In this document: positions 7,192 through 13,399 of the stretch, in pieces
How positions within the stretch are numbered: position 1 is the stretch's first letter
Layout: each line of letters starts with the position of its first letter
NCBI RefSeq assembly: GCF_044357945.1
Contig: NZ_CP076563.1
Location: 1,052,714 to 1,076,713 of the forward strand
Reading direction: 5' to 3'
Source: Christensenella sp. MSJ-20
GTDB taxonomy: Bacteria > Bacillota > Clostridia > Christensenellales > QAND01
Length of the DNA: 24,000 nucleotides
Notes under the pieces: generated by a model
The model's database searches: none
What the model was told of the DNA's origin: nothing
The model's input: only the letters and a program-made list of their open reading frames with translations
Translations under genes and position numbers: made by a program

Positions 7192-7656
7192 CTATTCCTC
7201 TGAAAAGGCCCTCATGGCCGCGCGGTATACCGCGTCCAGCGGCACCCCCCGTTGCTGGGCAAGGGCGCGGCAATCCTCATACTCCGGCGCCGCCTTGATC
7301 CATCCCCCCACCCGGGCAAACTTAACCTCCACGGGACCATAGGGCGTATCCACCCGACGCTTCTGGGTAACGAGGGCGGTGCGGCCATAGACCGCTCGGC
7401 GCACCCCCCAGGTGGTGGTCTCCCGCAGGAGATATTTCGTCAGCGCTTCCTCTTCGCCGGGACGGCATAGGACGGAAAGCACCACCCCGGGACGGTTTTT
7501 TTTCATGGTGATGGGCACATAGTATACATCCAGCGCCCCCAGACGAAAAAGTCCCTCCATCACATAGCCAAAGCGCTCTCCCGGCATATCGTCGATGTTG
7601 GCCTCAAGAAGATGGATCAGTTCTTTTTTTTTTCGTCCTCCGATTCCCCCAGACAT
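7192..7656 (-). CDS. larC: LarC C-terminal portion (larC2-like reading frame), probably expressed only as a fusion with the upstream frame
   Basis: The translation ...KKKELIHLLEANIDDMPGERFGYVMEGLFRLGALDVYYVPITMKKNRPGVVLSVL... continues the DUF111/LarC family C-terminal domain. The ATG at 7656 has no Shine-Dalgarno and lies inside the upstream larC frame. The frames overlap at the A10 run. Confidence 0.75.
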   Translation of the reverse strand: MSGGIGGRKKKELIHLLEANIDDMPGERFGYVMEGLFRLGALDVYYVPITMKKNRPGVVLSVLCRPGEEEALTKYLLRETTTWGVRRAVYGRTALVTQKRRVDTPYGPVEVKFARVGGWIKAAPEYEDCRALAQQRGVPLDAVYRAAMRAFSEE

Positions 7657-8507
7657 ACCCGCAGGCTGTTAGGCCCTCCAAAATCCTTCTTGCCGTGGCC
7701 ATAGCCCACCGCCAGAGGACGCATAGCGGGCATAGGGCCAAACTCTTGGGCAAAGTGTCCTAAAAGCGCGGCGCCGGTGGGAGTTACCAGTTCCCCCTTT
7801 ACGTCCCCGCCATAGATGGGGATTCCAGCCAGCAGCCGTAGAGTAGCGGGCGCGGGAACCGGCACCACCCCATGCTCAATCTTCACCCGGCCGCTGCCCA
7901 CATGGACGGGCGAAGCGGCGATATGGTCCGGAGCCAAGTCATGAAACAGGATACAGCTCCCCACAATGTCCACAATGGCGTCCACCGCGCCCACCTCGTG
8001 AAAATGCACCTCCTCGGGAGAGGTACCGTGAACGGCAGCCTCCGCCTGGGCCAGCCGCCGGAATACGGCGATGCTGTCGGCTTTTACCGCCTCGGAAAGA
8101 CCGCTTCTTTGGATCAAATCCACAATGTGTACAATATTCCGGCGCAAACCGTTGCCATGGTGGTGGTGATGTCCCGCTCCATGGTGGTGGTCATGGGGGT
8201 GCTCGTGGTCATGGTGATGGTGCTCCTCCCCATGGTCGTGTTCATGGCCATGATGGTGCTCCAGCCCCAGAGCATGCTGCTTTTCGTGGAGCAGATCGGG
8301 GGAAAGCTCCTTTATCACCACATCCACATCGGTGCCAGCGATGCCCGCCTTGTTTTTTTTCTGCACCACCAGTTCAAATTCATCGTCGATGCCCAAGCTG
8401 GACAATCCCTCACGGAGTGCAGACTCCGTGGCGCCGGCGTCCAAAAGAGCGCCCATAGTCATGTCCCCGCTGATGCCGGAAAATAGGTCCAGATATAAAA
8501 CTCTCAT
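7617..8507 (-). CDS. larC: LarC N-terminal portion (nickel-inserting cyclometallase, DUF111) with a His-rich tract
   Basis: The N-terminus MRVLYLDLFSGISGDMTMGALLDAG is the DUF111/LarC signature. An AGGAGGG Shine-Dalgarno overlaps the larB stop. A His-rich metal-binding tract is present (LEHHHGHEHDHGEEHHHHDHEHPHDHHHGAGHHHHHG). The ORF ends at a TGA immediately after the A10 run. Confidence 0.85.
   Translation of the reverse strand: MRVLYLDLFSGISGDMTMGALLDAGATESALREGLSSLGIDDEFELVVQKKNKAGIAGTDVDVVIKELSPDLLHEKQHALGLEHHHGHEHDHGEEHHHHDHEHPHDHHHGAGHHHHHGNGLRRNIVHIVDLIQRSGLSEAVKADSIAVFRRLAQAEAAVHGTSPEEVHFHEVGAVDAIVDIVGSCILFHDLAPDHIAASPVHVGSGRVKIEHGVVPVPAPATLRLLAGIPIYGGDVKGELVTPTGAALLGHFAQEFGPMPAMRPLAVGYGHGKKDFGGPNSLRVCLGESEDEKKKN
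7623..7633 (-). other. A10 homopolymer containing an A_AAA_AAG slippery heptamer (candidate -1 frameshift or transcriptional-slippage site)
   Basis: The minus strand reads GAG GAC GAA AAA AAA AAG AAC TGA in the larC N-terminal frame. Slipping -1 on A AAA AAG (7629..7623) gives ...AAA AAA GAA CTG ATC..., which is the C-terminal frame. An internal GGAGGA lies 7 nt upstream of the heptamer. Confidence 0.6.
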
Positions 8508-8518
8508 GGTATTCCCTC

Positions 8519-9286
8519 CTATCGCTGGGGCTGGTGCCCCGGCCGGTTGATCATGGCGGCCAGATAGCCCGCCCCAAAGCCGTTGTCGATATTCACCACG
8601 CTGACCCCGCTGGCGCAGCTGTTGAGCATGGCCAAAAGGGCCGCCATCCCGCCAAAGTTAGCGCCGTATCCCACCGAGGTGGGCACCGCGATGACGGGCC
8701 GGTCCACCAGGCCTCCCACCGCGCTGGGCAGAGCGCCCTCCATACCGGCGGCAACCACTAGCACATTGGCTCCCATCAGCCTCTCCCGCTGGGCCAGCAG
8801 CCGGTGGATGCCGGCCACTCCCACATCGTAAATCCGCTCCACCCGGTTGCCCAGGGTTTCGGCGGTTACCGCCGCTTCCTCGGCCACCGGCATATCGGAG
8901 GTCCCTCCCGTCACCACGGCCACATAGCCGGGATTCAAAGGCCGTTCCTGTGGCCGCGCTACCACGATGCGAGCCATTTCGTGGAACACCGCCGTAGGAT
9001 CGAGCGCCACAAGGGCGTCATATACCTCCCGTCCTACCCGGGTAACCAGGATATTGCTCCCGTCCCGCTGCAGGATATTCCGGGTGATTCCCACGATCTG
9101 CTCCACGGTCTTTCCCGCGCCATAGATCACCTCTCCAGCCCCCTGACGAAGCCCCCGGTGGTGATCCACCTTGGCATATCCCAGATCTTCAAAAGGCTCC
9201 TGGCGGAGTTGAAACAGTGCCTCCTCCATGGAAACGCTTCCGTCCCGCACTCCCCGCAATAGCTCCAGCGTGCGCTCCTGATCCAA
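8519..9286 (-). CDS. larB: LarB, nicotinic acid adenine dinucleotide carboxylase/hydrolase (PurE-like)
   Basis: The PurE-like core reads [17 protein letters not shown]...[18 protein letters not shown]...[15 protein letters not shown]. The track ORF starts at 9361 inside larE. I prefer the TTG at 9286, which is preceded by AAGGGGGAA and lies 2 nt after the larE stop. Confidence 0.85.
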   Translation of the reverse strand: MDQERTLELLRGVRDGSVSMEEALFQLRQEPFEDLGYAKVDHHRGLRQGAGEVIYGAGKTVEQIVGITRNILQRDGSNILVTRVGREVYDALVALDPTAVFHEMARIVVARPQERPLNPGYVAVVTGGTSDMPVAEEAAVTAETLGNRVERIYDVGVAGIHRLLAQRERLMGANVLVVAAGMEGALPSAVGGLVDRPVIAVPTSVGYGANFGGMAALLAMLNSCASGVSVVNIDNGFGAGYLAAMINRPGHQPQR

Positions 9287-9288
9287 GG

Positions 9289-10122
9289 CTATTCCCCCTT
9301 TCCGTCCTCGCCGATGGCGGCATTCATGCTGCCGGTGGCAAAGCCATGCAGATCCATACAAACATATCGATAGCCCAACCCCCGGAAAAAGGCGTCCGCC
9401 TCCCGGGCCATGGCCGCCAAATCAGAAATTCGATCTGGTTCCACCTCGATGCGGGCGGTATCCCCATAGTGGCGCACTCGGTTCTGCCGAAAGCCCCGCT
9501 CCCGCAAATAGGCCTCCCCCTGTTCTACCAGCCGCAGATCCGCTTCGGTGATTTCCGTTCCATAGGGGATCCGACTGGCAAGGCAGGCAAAGGAGGGCAA
9601 ATCATGGGTTTTCAGTCCCAGCGCCCGGGATGCTTCCCGGATGCGCTTTTTATCGAAGCCCAGATCCCGCAGAGGGCTGCGCACCCCCAGCTCTCGAGCA
9701 GCCTGCGCGCCCGGCCGGTAATCCCCCAGATCATCCACATTGCTGCCGTCCAGAAGGATCTCGATTCCCTGGCTACAAGCCAGCTCCAGCACCTTGGAAA
9801 ACAGGAATTTCTTACAATGATAGCACCGCTGAGGGCCATTCTCCACAAAGGCGGGCAGGGCCAGCACATCGGCCCGGACCACCTGCCACCGAGCGCCCAT
9901 CTCCCGAGCCATTTCCCCCGCCAAATCCAGCTCCCATTGAGGCTGAACAGGGGTTGCAATGGTGATGGCAAGGGCGTCATCCCCCAGGGCATCCACCGCC
10001 GCCTTTAGCAAAAAAGTGCTGTCCACCCCGCCGGAAAAGGCCACGGCGGCCTTCCCCAGTCCACGGATATAATCCACCAGCTCCCGGTATCCCTGTAATA
10101 TTGGGTCCTTCCTCTCCGTCAT
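9289..10122 (-). CDS. larE: LarE, ATP-dependent sulfur transferase of NPN cofactor synthesis (PP-loop ATP pyrophosphatase)
   Basis: The PP-loop [12 protein letters not shown] is present. [11 protein letters not shown] carries the conserved LarE cysteine (Cys180 in this translation), and there is an additional C100-x-x-C103. Confidence 0.85.
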   Translation of the reverse strand: MTERKDPILQGYRELVDYIRGLGKAAVAFSGGVDSTFLLKAAVDALGDDALAITIATPVQPQWELDLAGEMAREMGARWQVVRADVLALPAFVENGPQRCYHCKKFLFSKVLELACSQGIEILLDGSNVDDLGDYRPGAQAARELGVRSPLRDLGFDKKRIREASRALGLKTHDLPSFACLASRIPYGTEITEADLRLVEQGEAYLRERGFRQNRVRHYGDTARIEVEPDRISDLAAMAREADAFFRGLGYRYVCMDLHGFATGSMNAAIGEDGKGE

Positions 10123-10153
10123 GGGGCCCTCCCCCCTCTCAACAAAAAAATAC

Positions 10154-10178
10154 TATAAAGGTCAGCTTGACCATTATA
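10154..10178. promoter_or_regulatory. 25-bp near-perfect palindrome (candidate operator) overlapping the lar promoter -10
   Basis: The sequence is TATAAAGGTCA-gct-TGACCATTATA, and 10 of 11 arm positions are complementary. The right arm contains the -10 hexamer of the minus-strand promoter. Confidence 0.4.
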
Positions 10179-10202
10179 GCATTTCCTTCCAACGCTTTTC
10201 AA
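10173..10202 (-). promoter_or_regulatory. Sigma-A promoter of the larE-larB-larC operon (-35 TTGAAA, 18 nt, TGc-TATAAT)
   Basis: The minus strand reads TTGAAAagcgttggaaggaaaTGcTATAAT, with a consensus -10 and an extended TG. It lies about 50 nt upstream of the larE ATG. Confidence 0.6.
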
Positions 10203-10222
10203 TCAGCGGTCCCCGTCCATTT

Positions 10223-10606
10223 TCAAAGGCCCTGGCAATGGCGCTCCAACCCCCTTTTCTGCCACATCCATAACAAAAGACAGCCAACCCCGTAGCAGAC
10301 CAGATCCGCCCAGTCAAAGGTCCCCCCCAGCAACACTCCCAAAAACGGCATCCGATCCGCCCCCAAAACCGCCGCTAGATGAAAGTATTGGGATCCTTCC
10401 ACTACAGCCGCAAACAAAAACACATAGAGGGGCAGCAGCCGGATACCCTCTGGCCATACCGTCCGGACCAGGCAATACACCGCCCAAACCGCCAGCACAT
10501 CCCCCAGATAAGGGCGAATCAGCCTATCATGGACATACAGAGCGATGATCCCCTCCAAAGCCAGCAGCGCCAAAGCCAACATCAGATATTTCCAACGCGA
10601 CGCCAT
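10223..10606 (-). CDS. DUF2809-family small integral membrane protein
   Basis: The protein has four hydrophobic segments and shows the family pattern GD(V/T)L...Y...(E)GSQYFH...LG..LGGTFDWADLVCYGVG. Its start lies 1 nt after the rsmA stop, which suggests translational coupling. Confidence 0.7.
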   Translation of the reverse strand: MASRWKYLMLALALLALEGIIALYVHDRLIRPYLGDVLAVWAVYCLVRTVWPEGIRLLPLYVFLFAAVVEGSQYFHLAAVLGADRMPFLGVLLGGTFDWADLVCYGVGCLLLWMWQKRGLERHCQGL

Positions 10607-10607
10607 G

Positions 10608-11465
10608 CTACTGGTTCTCCATCTGCCGGCCTAGCTCGTCGGACAACCGGATAAACGCATCCATGGCAATCTGTTCTCCCCGCGCGTTTGCGGGAATACC
10701 GCATGCTTCCAGCGCCGCCACAGCCGTCTCCTTGGGGAATAGGGCGGAAAGGTTGTTCAAAATGGTCTTGCGCCGCATGGCAAAGGCTCCCCGGATCAGG
10801 CGAAAAAACAATTCTTCGTCCCGGGGCTGGATGGGATAGGGCCGCCGCCGCATGACCACCACCGAGGAGTCCACCTTGGGAGCGGGATAAAAACAATCCG
10901 GCGGCAAGGTCATCCCCTTTTCCATGGACGCGTAATAGGTTACCGCGATGGAGATGGATCCGTACTCCTTTCCCGACGCGGCGGTCAGGCGGTTGGCCAC
11001 CTCCCGCTGCATCATTAACACCAGGGTATCCGCCTGGGGCAGCTCCCTCAGGCACCGCATGATCAGCGGCGTGGTGATGTAGTACGGCAGGTTCGCCACC
11101 ACCGCGGCAGGCCCTTCTCCCACCAAAGCCTGGAGATCCGCCTTTAACCCATCCCCATGGATCAGGGTCAGATTTTCCGTTTTTCCCAGCCGGGCCTGGA
11201 GCAGACGGTACAGCCCGTCGTCGATCTCCACTGCCGTAACCCGCCGGGCCGCAGCGCAGAGCCGGCTTGTAAGGGCGCCCGCCCCCGGCCCGATCTCCAA
11301 GACGCTCTTCTGGGAAAGATCCCCCGCCAGCGCCACGATGGCGTCGCATGCGTTGCCGTCGCACAAAAAATTCTGGCCCAGTCCTTTATTGGGCGCCAGG
11401 CCAAACGCCGCTAGAGCCTCTCGCAGCTGACCGCGGTTGGCGCCGTCGTAAGCAATCCGTTCCAT
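10608..11465 (-). CDS. rsmA: 16S rRNA (adenine1518/1519-N6)-dimethyltransferase RsmA/KsgA
   Basis: The translation contains GQNFLCD, the SAM-binding segment VLEIGPGAGALT, and NLPYYITTPLI. Confidence 0.95.
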   Translation of the reverse strand: MERIAYDGANRGQLREALAAFGLAPNKGLGQNFLCDGNACDAIVALAGDLSQKSVLEIGPGAGALTSRLCAAARRVTAVEIDDGLYRLLQARLGKTENLTLIHGDGLKADLQALVGEGPAAVVANLPYYITTPLIMRCLRELPQADTLVLMMQREVANRLTAASGKEYGSISIAVTYYASMEKGMTLPPDCFYPAPKVDSSVVVMRRRPYPIQPRDEELFFRLIRGAFAMRRKTILNNLSALFPKETAVAALEACGIPANARGEQIAMDAFIRLSDELGRQMENQ

Positions 11466-11483
11466 GGTTCCTCCATAAACCGA

Positions 11484-11514
11484 CAGCGCCCGAGGGGATT
11501 CCCTTCGGGCGCTG
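11484..11514 (-). other. 14-bp GC-rich hairpin between yabE-like gene and rsmA (no U-tract)
   Basis: The hairpin is CAGCGCCCGAGGGG-ATT-CCCTTCGGGCGCTG with one G-U pair. No T run follows on the minus strand. It may be a processing or stability element, or an inefficient terminator. Confidence 0.3.
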
Positions 11515-11525
11515 GGATTCGTTCG

Positions 11526-13184
11526 CTATTCGCTGATGACATAAACGGTAACGCCCCGTTTCACGCCCCAGCGCCTGCATTCCGATTCGCTGTTCATAAA
11601 CAAATCGATCTGGCTTCCGCCCCATTCCACAAATCCGCCGGTATCCTCGGCCACGGCATAGCCATATCCCGGGATGAAGAGCTTGGTTCCATAGGGGAAC
11701 ATGCTGGTATCCACGGCGCACATGCCAACCTTGGACCACTTGCCAGTAGCGGTCCGGTTTCCGGTATGGGTGTAGGCCGTCACCCGGTCCAGAGTCACCC
11801 GCCGGGCGATCATATCGTCGGTAGGAGCGGTATACCCGGATATATAGGTGCCGGAGGTGTTGATTACCTTGGTCCCCCGGAGAATCACCTTGTTCACCGG
11901 CTGAGTGGTGATCTCGTCGGACACCACCTCGCTGCTGGCAACCTGGCCGTCCTTATAGGTCAACCGGGTTTGGATGGTACGGACGCCATCCTGGCCCTGC
12001 TGGGATACTTTGGTAACCCCTTTGCGCAGGGAGTCGGTATCCTGATATACCGTTTCGAAGGCAACGGCCGCGGTCTCGGTCAGATACTCCACCTGGACGT
12101 CCACCACCTGGATGGACATCCCCTCCTGGATCTCGCTGTCCAGCGACGGGGAGATCTCGTCCCCCGGCTTATAGGCAACGCTGGCATAGATGAGCGCGTC
12201 CTCCACGGTGCCCTCGGCAATCTTGATGGGCACTTCCTTGCCCCCAGCCAGGATGGTAACGTCCTTGGCCCGGGTGATATGAATGTCCATGCCCTCGGCA
12301 ACGCTGGCCGCGGTACCGCAATCGATGCGGTCACGGTAGTTCAAAGAAAGGCCGTTTTCATCCAAAACCTCGCCTACGGTCTTCAAAGCGGACCGTACCT
12401 CGATGGGTTTGCCATCGTCATAAACGGTCAGCACGCAATAGCGGCCCTCAAAATAATACCAGCCGCCATAGCCCGCCCCGCCCAGCACACAGAGTACCGC
12501 CGCGGCGATGGAAAACCGTCTGGCCCAATTCCGTCGGGTCTTGGCCTGGGGCGCCTCGTATACCGGCATGTCCTCCAAGCCAGGCCCTTCCGGGGCCCGC
12601 CTCTTCTTGGACTTCTTTAGGGTCGGCATAGGCGGCACATAGTCCACCGATCCCGGCACACCCGCCAGCTCCATATGGGCTACGGCAGCGCCGGCAGGCA
12701 TAGCGTCGCCGGTCTCCAGCAGAGGAGCCAGCTCCGCCAAGGGAACGTCCACCACGGCTACCTGAGGCGCCGGGCCCATCTCCAGCTTCTGCGCCTTAAC
12801 CCTTTTCTTTTTCTGCTTTTTCTGTACCTCCGGCTCGGGCACAGCGTCCAGATACACGTCGGGCTCCATGGTGACGGCCGCGTCGGGCTTCAGCTTCATG
12901 GGGGGACGGTAATAGGGCACCTTGGTTTCCGCCATCAGGTTATCGTCCGCAACCTTCTTGGGATTCTGGGGCAGCACAAAGAACAGCGCCGCGCGGCCCA
13001 GCCAAACAAAGGGCAAAACAGCCATCCGGCCAATCCCCCCAAGGATTCGCCGCACTCCGGACCGCATCCGCTGCATGCCGGAATTGGATGGCGCTTCATA
13101 GCCGTAGAACAGATTGCTGTAGATTGCATTTTTATCCACAGTAATATCCACTCTATGCTTTTTTAGCCGTTTTGCTGCGTTCAT
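11526..13184 (-). CDS. yabE: YabE-like cell-wall protein (two DUF348 repeats, a G5 domain and a C-terminal 3D/RlpA-like domain) with a long N-terminal extension
   Basis: The G5-like segment reads YQDTDSLRKGVTKVSQQGQDGVRTIQTRLTYKDGQ...VILRGTK. The 3D domain reads YTHTGNRTATGKW...GTKLFIPGYGYAVAEDTGG...IDLFM. The position directly upstream of rsmA matches the Bacillus yabE-ksgA arrangement. Confidence 0.85.
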   Translation of the reverse strand: MNAAKRLKKHRVDITVDKNAIYSNLFYGYEAPSNSGMQRMRSGVRRILGGIGRMAVLPFVWLGRAALFFVLPQNPKKVADDNLMAETKVPYYRPPMKLKPDAAVTMEPDVYLDAVPEPEVQKKQKKKRVKAQKLEMGPAPQVAVVDVPLAELAPLLETGDAMPAGAAVAHMELAGVPGSVDYVPPMPTLKKSKKRRAPEGPGLEDMPVYEAPQAKTRRNWARRFSIAAAVLCVLGGAGYGGWYYFEGRYCVLTVYDDGKPIEVRSALKTVGEVLDENGLSLNYRDRIDCGTAASVAEGMDIHITRAKDVTILAGGKEVPIKIAEGTVEDALIYASVAYKPGDEISPSLDSEIQEGMSIQVVDVQVEYLTETAAVAFETVYQDTDSLRKGVTKVSQQGQDGVRTIQTRLTYKDGQVASSEVVSDEITTQPVNKVILRGTKVINTSGTYISGYTAPTDDMIARRVTLDRVTAYTHTGNRTATGKWSKVGMCAVDTSMFPYGTKLFIPGYGYAVAEDTGGFVEWGGSQIDLFMNSESECRRWGVKRGVTVYVISE

Positions 13185-13223
13185 GGTTCACATCCTTCTA
13201 AGAGCCCCCAATAAGGGGATTTT

Positions 13224-13252
13224 ATTATAGCCACTTTCAAATGGGGTGTCAA
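13224..13252 (-). promoter_or_regulatory. Consensus sigma-A promoter for the yabE-like gene (-35 TTGACA, 17 nt, -10 TATAAT)
   Basis: The minus strand reads TTGACAccccatttgaaagtggcTATAAT. Both hexamers are perfect, and the promoter lies about 40 nt upstream of the ATG at 13184. Confidence 0.7.
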
Positions 13253-13399
13253 ACCGCAACACCCTCCCTGCTTTTTCCATTATGCCGGTTAAAAGCGGTT
13301 ACAACGGGATGGAACCATATATCTTCCAAAATGCGCGTAAGCAGGACACAATATCTGCTTTTTCGCCAATTTTTCCCTTTCAAAAATTGGGTTCTGTTC

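Noticed and set aside
7496-7503. Additional A8/T8 homopolymers inside larC (7496..7503 and 8353..8360) as further slippage sites
   Set aside because: Both are read through in frame (…MKKNRPG… and …VQKKNKAG…) with family-consistent sequence on both sides. There is no evidence of frame change, and they simply reflect Lys-codon runs.
8150-8290. Repetitive CATGGTG/GTGGTG-like DNA that looks like a tandem repeat or array
   Set aside because: It is in frame within larC and simply encodes the His-rich tract (CAT/CAC codons on the minus strand). It has no regular repeat-spacer periodicity, so it is not a CRISPR or VNTR.
9287-9361. N-terminal extensions proposed by the ORF track for larB (to 9361), the VOC gene (to 20195), LacI (to 21210), fhs (to 18169) and DUF368 (from 15188)
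   Set aside because: In each case a downstream start has a well-spaced GGAGG-type Shine-Dalgarno and gives the family-typical N-terminus. The extension overlaps the upstream gene or lacks a ribosome-binding site.
9217-10008. Long plus-strand ORF (263 aa) antisense to larE. Similar long antisense or alternate-frame ORFs occur at 11766..12620, 16685..17515, 20626..21216, 10582..11364, 7872..8486 and 21865..22365.
   Set aside because: Each lies entirely inside a gene with clear family motifs on the other strand or frame. The translations are Pro/Arg/Gly/His-rich low-information sequence, and stop-poor antisense frames are expected in GC-rich DNA. No Shine-Dalgarno or promoter supports them.
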